The translations under genes and the position numbers were made by a program. From NCBI GenBank assembly GCA_937973585.1, contig CALJKN010000221.1, positions 1 to 55,340 of the forward strand: a stretch of 55,340 nucleotides of DNA, in the 5' to 3' direction. This document shows positions 36,658 through 45,513 of the stretch, piece by piece. The DNA comes from an uncultured Helicobacteraceae bacterium. Lineage in GTDB: Bacteria; Campylobacterota; Campylobacteria; Campylobacterales; UBA6016. Within the stretch, counting starts at the first letter, position 1; every line of letters begins with the position of its first letter. Under the pieces are notes generated by a model. It worked only from the letters and a program-made list of their open reading frames with translations, did not search any database and was not told the origin of the DNA.

Positions 36658-37824
36658 ATGAAAAAAGTAGCTATTCTAGGCGGAGGGATTGCCGGGCTAG
36701 AAGCGGCAATATCACTGAGAAGTCAAGGGTTTTCCGTTACACTTGTGTCTAATAGGGGATATCTTTTTATATACCCTATGTCTATTTGGATTCCTACGAG
36801 AGAGAAGACGTTTGAGGATGTCTCCCTCTCTCTTTATGATTTATCGAAAGCTCACGGATTTGATCTGATAATCGATGAAGTTATTTCAATAAATGCGGCA
36901 AACTCTACATTTACATTGGCAGAAATAGGTATTGTCGGCTATGAGTATCTTATAGTTGCACTCGGTTCCGAAAAGATGCACATTGAAGGGATGGAACACA
37001 CTATCTCTATTTGTGGGCAGCCTGAAGATTCTATCAAACTCAGAGATAAGATTGACCTGCTTTTGAAAAAGGGTGGGGGAAAGCTAACGGCAGGCTTCAC
37101 CGGTAACCCTATTGATGTTACGGGGGTTAGGGGCGAACCGGCTTTTGAGTTTATTTTTAATATCCATAATTTTTTAAAAAAACAGAAAAAAAGAGATGCT
37201 TTTGAATTGACTTTTTTTGCCCCTATGAACACTATAGGCGAAAAGATAGGCGAAAAGGCGACAGTCGAGTTTAGCAGATTTTTTTCAAAGCTAAAAATCA
37301 ACACAAAGCTAGGCGAGAATATCGTTGGCTTTGAAGATAACGGTATCCGTTTTGAAAACGGATCTTTTTTGGATTCCGATATGACAATGTTTATATCCGG
37401 CAGATGTGGTCACTCTGTTTTGAAAAATTCTGATTTACCCAGAAATCCGGCGGGCTTTATAGAGATTGACGACACATGTAAAGTTGTCGGTTTTGATAGA
37501 GTATTTGCTGTCGGCGACGTTGCTTCAATAAACGGTCCGGACTGGAGGGTAAAACAAGGGCATTTGGCCGAGGTTATGGCAAGAAATGCGGCCTTTAATA
37601 TTTTTAGCATGGAAAACGGTAGTGATGCAAGACGTAGCTATGTAGAGCAAATAAATCTAATATATATGTTAGACATGGGTGATTCTGCTTCCCTTGTTTA
37701 CAGAGACTCCAAGAGAGATTATTTGATACCGATGCCGATTGTCGGTCATTGGATTAAAAAAGGGTGGGGGAGATACTATAAGCTAAGCAGACTGGGCAAA
37801 ATACCGAGACTGCCGGGCGCATAA
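36658..37824 (+). CDS. FAD-dependent oxidoreductase of the SQR/NDH-2 superfamily, apparently lacking SQR redox cysteines
   Basis: 388 aa with Rossmann motif VAILGGGIAGLEAA and distal FAD motif VFAVGDVASI. At the positions of the SQR cysteines I see VTGVRGEPAFEF and GDV. Starts 3 nt after the ccoG stop. Confidence 0.7.
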   Translation: MKKVAILGGGIAGLEAAISLRSQGFSVTLVSNRGYLFIYPMSIWIPTREKTFEDVSLSLYDLSKAHGFDLIIDEVISINAANSTFTLAEIGIVGYEYLIVALGSEKMHIEGMEHTISICGQPEDSIKLRDKIDLLLKKGGGKLTAGFTGNPIDVTGVRGEPAFEFIFNIHNFLKKQKKRDAFELTFFAPMNTIGEKIGEKATVEFSRFFSKLKINTKLGENIVGFEDNGIRFENGSFLDSDMTMFISGRCGHSVLKNSDLPRNPAGFIEIDDTCKVVGFDRVFAVGDVASINGPDWRVKQGHLAEVMARNAAFNIFSMENGSDARRSYVEQINLIYMLDMGDSASLVYRDSKRDYLIPMPIVGHWIKKGWGRYYKLSRLGKIPRLPGA

Positions 37825-37828
37825 TAAA

Positions 37829-37862
37829 ATAGCAACCCTCAGTTTTGAAGGGTGGTTGCTAT
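37829..37862. terminator. Hairpin between convergent genes (flavoprotein on +, exbD on -), candidate bidirectional terminator
   Basis: ATAGCAACCCTC / GAGGGT(G)GTTGCTAT with one bulge. It overlaps the last codons of exbD. The flanking T-tracts are weak. Confidence 0.4.
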
Positions 37863-38219
37863 TGATATCTTTTCTATATTTTTATCTTTTAAAACATCTA
37901 TAACGTCTACAAAGCCTTGAAACTTTGAGTTTCTATCCGTTCGAACCGTAACTTCTGACTCGACCGATAAATCCGCAAGCATTTTTTTGAGACCCTCTTT
38001 GTCGGTTTGTATCTGCCCAAAGAAAATTGAACCATCCTCTTTGACTGTTATCTCAATACTATTTTGAGGTTTTGTCTGCGTCTTTTCAGCTTTCGGAATG
38101 TCGATTGGTATTAGCCCCTGCGCCACAAAAGTAGCGGCAGTCAATGTAATTGTCAAAAGAACAAGCATTACATCTATAAAAGGTATTACATTGATGGTGT
38201 CAAACTTTTTCAATTTCAT
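37839..38219 (-). CDS. exbD: ExbD/TolR-family biopolymer transport protein
   Basis: 126 aa with the typical N-terminus INVIPFIDVMLVLL and a single TM helix. Overlaps exbB by 4 nt. Confidence 0.85.
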   Translation of the reverse strand: MKLKKFDTINVIPFIDVMLVLLTITLTAATFVAQGLIPIDIPKAEKTQTKPQNSIEITVKEDGSIFFGQIQTDKEGLKKMLADLSVESEVTVRTDRNSKFQGFVDVIDVLKDKNIEKISIATTLQN

Positions 38220-38641
38220 CTTGTGCTAGATTCCCATTTGCTACTGAGTATTTCCGCTTTTCTGGCGCAAAAATTGTATATAACAGTAGCAGGTATCGCC
38301 ACAACCAATCCTGCAGCCGTTGCCAAAAGTGTAAAAGATAGATTTTGCATCAAGCTTTTCGGGTCAGCTGCACCCCCTAGTCCCATATTGTAAAAAGTAA
38401 TCATAATACCCAATACGGTTCCCAAAAGACCGATATATACAGCATTAGACGCTATTGTTGAGAGTAGCGTCAGATTTTTAGTTAGGTGAGCTTCTAAATC
38501 ATGTCTGTTGTCGAATTTTTCAATATCGGTCTCTTTGTAGCTGAGCCACCTTTCTATGCCGATAGATATAGTAACAAAACTCAAAAACCCCAAAAACCCT
38601 AAAACTCCATACTCTACACCGATTTTAACCCATTCATGCAT
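38216..38641 (-). CDS. exbB: MotA/TolQ/ExbB-family proton channel protein
   Basis: 141 aa with three TM helices and the conserved GLLGTVLGI segment. Confidence 0.85.
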   Translation of the reverse strand: MHEWVKIGVEYGVLGFLGFLSFVTISIGIERWLSYKETDIEKFDNRHDLEAHLTKNLTLLSTIASNAVYIGLLGTVLGIMITFYNMGLGGAADPKSLMQNLSFTLLATAAGLVVAIPATVIYNFCARKAEILSSKWESSTR

Positions 38642-38834
38642 TCCGGATAGCCTTTATTTTTTTAATTGTAATGTTACCAAAAAATAAGAAGTTTTAACGC
38701 CCAAATCTAATAATTATAATCTACGCTGATAGTTTTATCAAGTTAAATAATTTAATGAAGGATTTTTTTGAGTCTTAAGGCTGTTTTTTCCTGTATCATA
38801 ATGCGGATTTGTTAAAAAAACGTTAATTTTTTTC

Positions 38835-38848
38835 TTGATTTTAAGCAA
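38835..38848 (+). promoter_or_regulatory. Candidate CRP/FNR-family binding site upstream of ccoN
   Basis: TTGAT-TTTA-AGCAA compared with the consensus TTGAT-N4-ATCAA (9 of 10 positions). About 95 nt upstream of the ccoN start. Confidence 0.3.
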
Positions 38849-38936
38849 GATTACAGATTTTAGCTAATACAATTTAAACGCTTTTGTAAAAGGCATTGTT
38901 ACAAGGTTCTTTAATGGCCTAAATCTTAAAGGAGGG

Positions 38937-40406
38937 GTGTGTATGCAAAATAACGCTACACTAAGCTACGACTACACGGTTGCTAAGTATTTTATGCTTA
39001 TTTCCATCGTGCTTGGTTTTGTCGGCATGTTGGTAGGCGTAATTTTAGCTTTCCAATTAGCTTTTCCGGTTCTTAGCAACCTAGGTGGAGAATTTCTCAC
39101 TTTTGGTAGATTAAGACCGCTTCATACTAACGCCGTTGTTTACGGTTTTACTATTCCTGCTGTATTCTCTACATTCTTTTATGTAGCTCAGAGAACTTTA
39201 AAAGTTTCACTTGCTGAGAGCAAATTTCTAAATACTGTGGCAAAACTTATGGTTCCACTGTATGTAATTATTCTGGCCCTTGCTGTTGCGTCTTTCTTAA
39301 CTGGTACTGTTACTTCAAAAGAGTACGCAGAACTTGAATGGCCAATCGACCTTATGGTTGTTGTTGTTTGGGTTATGTGGGGTATCGTAATGTTTGGTAT
39401 GATTGGTATGAGAAGAGAGAAAACTCTATATATATCCATGTGGTATTACATAGCATGTTTCCTTGGTATAGCTATGCTTTACATCTTCAACAACCTTGAG
39501 GTTCCAACTGCGCTTGTTTCAGGTTACGGCTCAATGCTAAAATCTGTTTCTATGTATGCAGGCACTAACGACGCTCTTGTTCAATGGTGGTTTGGTCACA
39601 ATGCCGTTGCATTCGGTTTTACCGTGCCAATCGTTGCAATGATTTACTACTTCCTTCCAAAAGAAGCAGGTCAGCCTCTGTATTCTTATAAGCTTTCACT
39701 TATAGGTTTCTGGTCGCTGCTATTTGTCTACCTTTGGGCTGGTGGTCACCACTTGATTTATTCTACCGTTCCTGACTGGATGCAAACAATGGGTTCTGTA
39801 TTCTCCGTTGTTCTAATCTTGCCTTCTTGGGCGTCTGCTATTAACATTCTTCTCACGATGAAGGGTCAATGGCAACAACTAAAAGACAGTCCGCTAATCA
39901 AGTTTATGATTTTTGCATCGACTTTCTATATGTTCTCAACAATCGAAGGTCCAATTCAGTCAATCAAATCCGTAAATGCGCTTGCACACTTTACAAACTG
40001 GATTGTTGGACACGTTCATGACGGTGTTCTAGGCTGGGTTGTATTCATGATTATGTCTGCTTTCTATCACATGGCTCCAAGACTTTTCGGAAGAGAGATC
40101 TACTCGAAAAAACTTATGGATGCACAATTCTGGATTCAAACTACGGGTGTTGTACTTTACTTCTCCTCAATGTGGATCGCAGGTATTACGCAAGGTCTAA
40201 TGTGGAGAGCTACTGATGAATACGGTAGCCTTGCATATTCGTTTATCGATACTGTTAGAGTTCTATTCCCATACTATGTAATTAGGGCAGTGGGTGGAGC
40301 GCTATATCTAGCAGGTTTCGGTATGTTCATATACAATATGTACAAAACAATGTCGGCACCGAAGCTCGAAAAAGAGCCTCAATTCGCATCGCCGATGGGC
40401 GCTTAA
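38937..40406 (+). CDS. ccoN: cbb3-type cytochrome c oxidase subunit I
   Basis: 489 aa, a polytopic haem-copper oxidase with conserved His motifs (WWFGHNAV, GGHH, GHVHDGVLGW). The track starts at GTG 38937; ATG 38943, 7 nt after GGAGG, is the more likely start. Confidence 0.97.
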   Translation: MCMQNNATLSYDYTVAKYFMLISIVLGFVGMLVGVILAFQLAFPVLSNLGGEFLTFGRLRPLHTNAVVYGFTIPAVFSTFFYVAQRTLKVSLAESKFLNTVAKLMVPLYVIILALAVASFLTGTVTSKEYAELEWPIDLMVVVVWVMWGIVMFGMIGMRREKTLYISMWYYIACFLGIAMLYIFNNLEVPTALVSGYGSMLKSVSMYAGTNDALVQWWFGHNAVAFGFTVPIVAMIYYFLPKEAGQPLYSYKLSLIGFWSLLFVYLWAGGHHLIYSTVPDWMQTMGSVFSVVLILPSWASAINILLTMKGQWQQLKDSPLIKFMIFASTFYMFSTIEGPIQSIKSVNALAHFTNWIVGHVHDGVLGWVVFMIMSAFYHMAPRLFGREIYSKKLMDAQFWIQTTGVVLYFSSMWIAGITQGLMWRATDEYGSLAYSFIDTVRVLFPYYVIRAVGGALYLAGFGMFIYNMYKTMSAPKLEKEPQFASPMGA

Positions 40407-40424
40407 GAGAAGGGGGATAAAACT

Positions 40425-41090
40425 ATGTTTCATTGGTTAGAAAAAAATCCGTTCTTTTTTGCGGTCGGTGTTTTTGTTGTTATCTCTTTTGCTGGTCTTA
40501 TAGAGATAATTCCAAACTTTGCTCAGGCTTCAAGACCGATTGAAGGGCTAAAACCTTACACTCCGCTTGAAATTGCCGGTAGACAAGTTTATATAAAAGA
40601 GAGCTGCAACTCTTGCCACTCTCAGCTAATCAGACCGTTTAAATCTGAAACAGACAGATACGGTAAATACTCACTTAGCGGTGAATATGCTTACGACAGA
40701 CCGTTTTTGTGGGGTTCACTTAGAACTGGGCCAGATCTTCATAGGGTTGGTAACTATAGAACTACCGACTGGCATGAAAATCATATGAAAGATCCTGCGC
40801 TTATCGTACCGGGTTCAACTATGCCAAAATATCCATGGCTGTTTACAAAAAATGCAGACCTAGATACAGCGTATGCTGAAGCTTATACTGTAAAAACAGT
40901 CTTCAAAGTTCCTTATGATCAGTCTAATGGTGTCCCTCTAGGCTCTAGAGAAGATGCTCAAAAGAATATGATGGAGCAAGCTAAAGGTATCGTTGCGGAT
41001 ATGAAAGACAAAGACGTAAAAGAGGCTTTCGATAAAGGCGAAGTAAAAGAGATCGTTGCCTTGATCGCATATCTTAACAAACTAAAATAG
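40425..41090 (+). CDS. ccoO: cbb3-type cytochrome c oxidase subunit II (monohaem)
   Basis: 221 aa with an N-terminal TM helix and one CxxCH site (CNSCH). Confidence 0.95.
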   Translation: MFHWLEKNPFFFAVGVFVVISFAGLIEIIPNFAQASRPIEGLKPYTPLEIAGRQVYIKESCNSCHSQLIRPFKSETDRYGKYSLSGEYAYDRPFLWGSLRTGPDLHRVGNYRTTDWHENHMKDPALIVPGSTMPKYPWLFTKNADLDTAYAEAYTVKTVFKVPYDQSNGVPLGSREDAQKNMMEQAKGIVADMKDKDVKEAFDKGEVKEIVALIAYLNKLK

Positions 41091-41099
41091 GTACGGGCG

Positions 41100-41297
41100 A
41101 TGAATATAGGTCTCGTGCAGGCTTATGCATATTTTTTTAGCACGGTGCTTTTAGTTTTTCTACTTTATGCGTATGTGTATCACTTGTACACATCCAAAAA
41201 AAAGAGTGGGAAAGACTATGAAAGATATTCAGATATGGCTATGAATGACCGTATTGAAGACGCACCTGTTGAAAAACATAGTTTTGCAAAAAGCTAA
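41100..41297 (+). CDS. ccoQ: cbb3-type cytochrome c oxidase subunit CcoQ (small TM subunit)
   Basis: 65 aa with a single TM helix, positioned between ccoO and ccoP. Confidence 0.75.
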   Translation: MNIGLVQAYAYFFSTVLLVFLLYAYVYHLYTSKKKSGKDYERYSDMAMNDRIEDAPVEKHSFAKS

Positions 41298-41318
41298 ACA
41301 CATTAAGGAGCTAACAAA

Positions 41319-42212
41319 ATGCTAGGTTTTCTGGGAAAAGTTGACTTCGGCTCTGACCTAGTCGCCCTCCTTGGCGGTCTGGGGTTCTTTGTAGTCGTCG
41401 TTGCGACAGCTTATGTTGTCGGTGTTTATGTAAAAAGAATGAAGGAGAGTAGCGAAGCTAGCGCTCCACTTGCTGAAGAAAACTGGGATGGAATCAGAGA
41501 GTATAAAAATGATGTTCCAACCGGTTGGTTCGCTATATTCTTTATGTTGAATATTTGGGCTGCTTGGTATTGGTTGGCAGGCTACCCAGTTAATGCGTAT
41601 TCTCAAATCGGTGAGTACAATGATGAGGTTAAAGCTCACAACTCAAAGTTTGAAGCAAAATATTCTAGTGCAGATGTTAGCACTCTAAAGGCAATGGGCG
41701 AGAGTGTTTTCCTAGCTCAATGTGCTCAATGCCACGGTCAAACTGGTGACGGTATGAACGGTAAAGCCGCAGATCTGTCTAAATGGGGTAATGAAGAAGG
41801 TATAGTTGCTACGATCAAAAGTGGCGCCAAAGGTCTTTCTTTCCCAATGGGTGAAATGCCGGCAGGTTTAGCTGATGAAGCTGCGGCCAAAAAAATAGCT
41901 ACATACGTAATGGGTGAGCTTTCTGCTGCCAAAAAAGGCGGAGATGCTGCTGTTATAGCCGAAGGAAAAGCCGCTTATGCCGCTTCTTGCGCAAGCTGCC
42001 ACGGTGAAGACGGAAAAGGTATGAACGGAATGGCTCCGGATCTGACAACTTACGGTACACCTAAATTTACGGCTGAAACAGTACTTGTAAAAGGTAAAAA
42101 AGGACATATCGGTAGTATGCCGTCTTTTGAAAAATCTGGTCTTTTGAATAAAACCCAGTTTATGGCGGTTGCTACTTATATAAACTCAGAGATGAGTAAT
42201 CCTAAGAAATAA
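41319..42212 (+). CDS. ccoP: cbb3-type cytochrome c oxidase subunit III (dihaem)
   Basis: 297 aa with an N-terminal TM helix and two CxxCH sites (CAQCH, CASCH). Confidence 0.95.
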   Translation: MLGFLGKVDFGSDLVALLGGLGFFVVVVATAYVVGVYVKRMKESSEASAPLAEENWDGIREYKNDVPTGWFAIFFMLNIWAAWYWLAGYPVNAYSQIGEYNDEVKAHNSKFEAKYSSADVSTLKAMGESVFLAQCAQCHGQTGDGMNGKAADLSKWGNEEGIVATIKSGAKGLSFPMGEMPAGLADEAAAKKIATYVMGELSAAKKGGDAAVIAEGKAAYAASCASCHGEDGKGMNGMAPDLTTYGTPKFTAETVLVKGKKGHIGSMPSFEKSGLLNKTQFMAVATYINSEMSNPKK

Positions 42213-42227
42213 GGTAGGGAGAAAGAT

Positions 42228-42419
42228 ATGTTTGGACTAAACGGTATAGGCGGAATGCTTATAGCAGTCGTATTGCTTTTGTCGATCGTAGGGTTTTTGG
42301 GAACAAATGCTCTTTTGGTTCAACAAAGCAATGCTTCTAACTACTACAAAATTGACGGTGAAAAAGAGGTTAAAATGATCGATAAAGCCGCTCAATCAAG
42401 AGTAGTTGACGCTAAGTAA
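42228..42419 (+). CDS. Small single-TM protein downstream of ccoP (possibly DUF4006 family)
   Basis: 63 aa with one hydrophobic helix and GGGAGA upstream. The family name is from memory and not verified. Confidence 0.5.
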   Translation: MFGLNGIGGMLIAVVLLLSIVGFLGTNALLVQQSNASNYYKIDGEKEVKMIDKAAQSRVVDAK

Positions 42420-42429
42420 GGGGGCATAG

Positions 42430-42525
42430 ATGGATAAAAATATGATTTTAACAATAGGCCTCGTTGTACTTGCGGCTATAACGCTTTGGGCTGTAGTTAC
42501 GCCAAATCACCTATATGTAGGTTGA
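42430..42525 (+). CDS. Unlisted 31-aa single-TM micro-ORF (MDKNMILTIGLVVLAAITLWAVVTPNHLYVG)
   Basis: Translated by eye. ATG lies 10 nt after the previous stop, with GGGGG 3 nt upstream. Below the 60-aa cutoff of the ORF track. Confidence 0.35.
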   Translation: MDKNMILTIGLVVLAAITLWAVVTPNHLYVG

Positions 42526-42555
42526 TTAAAGTAATTTAGTGCTAGACTTCTATGG

Positions 42556-43155
42556 ATGAAAACATTAATCCGTAGAAGCTTTTTAGCATTTTTCCTCCTT
42601 TTAAATGTGGCTCACTCTAAGCCTGAAATTATCAATCAAAATATAATAAAACAATCTGCTTTTGATAAAATATCCCAAATAACCGAAGAGTTATATTCAA
42701 AAACCGGTGTAAGTATTGTAGCCCACTTTGTGGAGAAAGTAGAAAACGGTATACCGGAATATGAAAACAACGTAACTTCCAATATTTCACGCCCTTATGT
42801 TTTTTTGATTTTTGTTGCAAAAGACGAAAAAGTCGATATGGTTATTTCCGATGAATTAAAGTCGATTGTTGTTAAAAATGATGTACTGAGCCCTTTTCCT
42901 GGCGGCCCTATAATACCTATTTTGGCGGCTCAAGATAAAAATGGACTCGATGCAAAGTATTCTGCCGCTGCCCTAAACGGTGTAGCAGATATTGCCGACA
43001 GCATTGCCAAAAGTAGGAATGTTATATTGGAGTCCAATATTGGTTCGGATAGCAAGACTTTTATGCAAATACTGAGAGCAGTTTTTTATGGAACCATTGT
43101 TGTTGCTCTGTTTATATATGGCTATATGATATATCGCCGTAGGAGTCAAAAATGA
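42556..43155 (+). CDS. Secreted/membrane-anchored hypothetical protein (signal peptide plus C-terminal TM; TPM-domain-like)
   Basis: 199 aa with N-terminal signal LLLNVAHS and C-terminal TM helix IVVALFIYGYMIY. Overlaps the next ORF by 4 nt. Confidence 0.5.
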   Translation: MKTLIRRSFLAFFLLLNVAHSKPEIINQNIIKQSAFDKISQITEELYSKTGVSIVAHFVEKVENGIPEYENNVTSNISRPYVFLIFVAKDEKVDMVISDELKSIVVKNDVLSPFPGGPIIPILAAQDKNGLDAKYSAAALNGVADIADSIAKSRNVILESNIGSDSKTFMQILRAVFYGTIVVALFIYGYMIYRRRSQK

Positions 43156-43646
43156 AAAAAGAGAAAAATTTTTATCCGCTAGCATTAGGAATATTCGGTA
43201 TTTTGTTGGTTGGTGCACTTGGTTTTATGATAAAAATAGCTATCCAAAATCCTGTCCAGATGGACGACTCATATATGATGAACTATCGAGAAGTTGATAA
43301 AAACTATAATGATATAGTTGCTTCCGAAAAAAAATTTGACTCCATGTATGATGTAAATCTAACAACTGTCGCCTTGACAAAGGGCGCTAATAATATGATA
43401 TCTTTAGATATAAAAGACAAAAAAGGTTCTTTTGTTGAGGCCAATATTACTTGCCTAATAACAAGACCAGATTCAAATGAGCATAATATAAAGCTTACAG
43501 AGTTCACAAGGGATTCAAAAGGCTTATTTGTGTCGAAGTCTTTTAGCCTTCCTTTTTACGGGAGATGGAAAGCTATGTATAAAATAAATATCGGAGATGT
43601 GCAAAAATTTATCTCCGTAGAGACTTTTATCGATCCGAAAAAATAA
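43152..43646 (+). CDS. FixH/CcoH-like protein (N-terminal TM plus periplasmic beta domain)
   Basis: 164 aa. The TM helix followed by NPVQMDDSYMMNYREVDKNYN resembles the FixH N-terminal pattern. It sits in the cco accessory context. Confidence 0.55.
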   Translation: MKKEKNFYPLALGIFGILLVGALGFMIKIAIQNPVQMDDSYMMNYREVDKNYNDIVASEKKFDSMYDVNLTTVALTKGANNMISLDIKDKKGSFVEANITCLITRPDSNEHNIKLTEFTRDSKGLFVSKSFSLPFYGRWKAMYKINIGDVQKFISVETFIDPKK

Positions 43647-44672
43647 ATGTCCGAAATCAGACTTTCTCAATCAGCTCTAAAGCATAATATATCTGTACTA
43701 TCCGAAAAAGCTCCTCTTCATAAGCTATTTATCGTCTTAAAAGATAATGCATACGGTCACGGTATTCTCCAATATGGATCTATGTGTCTGCAAAACGGCA
43801 TAAAAAACGTAGTTGTCAGAGACACCGAAGAGGCTCTTTTGGTTTCTGATATGTTTGAGACGATACTAGTTTTGGCGGAAAAAGCAGACTTTGTAAAGCA
43901 AGACAATATCCACTATGCAATCAATTCTTTCTCTCAGATACAAAGAATGCCGTCCGGCGTGAACGTGCACTTAAAAATAGATACGGGAATGCACAGAAAC
44001 GGTATAAATCCTAGGGAGCTACAAGATGCCTTGGATCTTATTCTGTCTAATTCATTGAGATTAAGGGGTGTTTTTTCTCATCTTAAATCCGGCGACGAGC
44101 TTGGTAGCCAGAGTTTTTGGCAGGAGCAATGTTTTAAAGATATCAAAAAGAGTGTTATTACATATTGTGACGGTAGAAATGTTGTTAGACCCCTTTTTCA
44201 TCTTTATAATTCGGCAGGATTATTTAGGGCAAACGGTATAGGTGAGTTTGATGCCGCTAGGATAGGGATTGCTGCTTACGGTTATTTGGATATGCCGCCA
44301 TCTTTTGGTGTTTTGCAGCTAAAGCCTGTTTTATCGCTTTGGGCGGATAAAATAGCATCTAGAGATGTAAAGGCAGGCGAGAGAATCGGGTATGGAGGAA
44401 TTGCGCTCATAGAGCAGGGGGGGACAATATCCACCTATGATGTCGGCTACGGCGACGGTTTTTTTAGGATCTCCGTGAATGGCGACTATATCCTTCCGAA
44501 AGGGAGAAGGATGCTTGGAAAAGTATGCATGGACTGTATTTTTGTTGACTCAGAGGATGACTCGATCTGCGTGTTTGACGACGCTTTGTTGCTTGCCAAC
44601 AGATATAAAACCATACCTTATGAAATTTTAGTAAGACTAAATCACAAAATAACAAGAGTAATAACGCCGTGA
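43647..44672 (+). CDS. alr: Alanine racemase
   Basis: 341 aa with the PLP-lysine motif VLKDNAYGHG and the motif HLKIDTGMHRNG. Confidence 0.88.
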   Translation: MSEIRLSQSALKHNISVLSEKAPLHKLFIVLKDNAYGHGILQYGSMCLQNGIKNVVVRDTEEALLVSDMFETILVLAEKADFVKQDNIHYAINSFSQIQRMPSGVNVHLKIDTGMHRNGINPRELQDALDLILSNSLRLRGVFSHLKSGDELGSQSFWQEQCFKDIKKSVITYCDGRNVVRPLFHLYNSAGLFRANGIGEFDAARIGIAAYGYLDMPPSFGVLQLKPVLSLWADKIASRDVKAGERIGYGGIALIEQGGTISTYDVGYGDGFFRISVNGDYILPKGRRMLGKVCMDCIFVDSEDDSICVFDDALLLANRYKTIPYEILVRLNHKITRVITP

Positions 44673-45445
44673 AAATAGCCGTTGCCCTTTTGGATGCTTC
44701 AAAAAGCGGCAACGAACTTCGAGACTCTATTGCAAAGCTAACTAAAACGGCAAAACAAAATAAAGCACAAATTATTGTATTGCCAGAGTTATCGTACTCC
44801 GGTTATAATCCTGATCGTTTCGCAAAAGATGCGACCTTGTTAGATGAGACGGCCTCTTTCTTCGGTGATTTGGCGAGAGATAATCGGATTTTCATAATAG
44901 CCGGCGCAGCCGTTAAATCAAATAATCTCACAACCAATTCAGCGCTTGTATTCGACAATCTTGGTTCCTTGGTATCAAAGTACGACAAAATCCATTTATT
45001 TAGCAAAACTGCCGAACAAGATGTATTTTCCTGTGGAAGCAATCTGGTTAGCTTTGAGGTTGGAGATAAAAAATTCGGTATCTTTATTTGTTACGATCTC
45101 CGCTTTCCTGAGATTTTTTCTGCAATGTATGACGTTGATGCTTTTTTATGTATTGCGGCATGGCCGATCGAGAGAGCAGGGGTATTTGAGCTTCTTTTGA
45201 GGGCTAGAGCGATAGAAAACTGCAAGCCGATTTTTGTATCAAATTGGACTGGCGAGTCTGTAAATAGTATTAAATACGGTTGTGGTGCTTATGCCTTTGA
45301 TGCACTTGGGGAGAAAATTGATTCAAAAATTGTGACGGGTTGTGCAATATTTGAGTTTTTACCTAGCCCAAAAGATATTTTAGATAGCACGGACGATAAA
45401 CGATTTGATTTATATGTTGATTTTTATAGCCGTTTTATAAAATAA
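44669..45445 (+). CDS. Carbon-nitrogen hydrolase (nitrilase superfamily) protein
   Basis: 258 aa with a GTG start. Glu-Lys-Cys triad context: LPELSYSGY, KIHLF and GIFICYDLRFPE. Confidence 0.85.
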   Translation: MKIAVALLDASKSGNELRDSIAKLTKTAKQNKAQIIVLPELSYSGYNPDRFAKDATLLDETASFFGDLARDNRIFIIAGAAVKSNNLTTNSALVFDNLGSLVSKYDKIHLFSKTAEQDVFSCGSNLVSFEVGDKKFGIFICYDLRFPEIFSAMYDVDAFLCIAAWPIERAGVFELLLRARAIENCKPIFVSNWTGESVNSIKYGCGAYAFDALGEKIDSKIVTGCAIFEFLPSPKDILDSTDDKRFDLYVDFYSRFIK

Positions 45446-45513
45446 AAAATAATATATGAATAAAAACCTGCGAAGGCGGGATAGTTAATAAAAAACATAC
45501 TTAGAATGAGATT

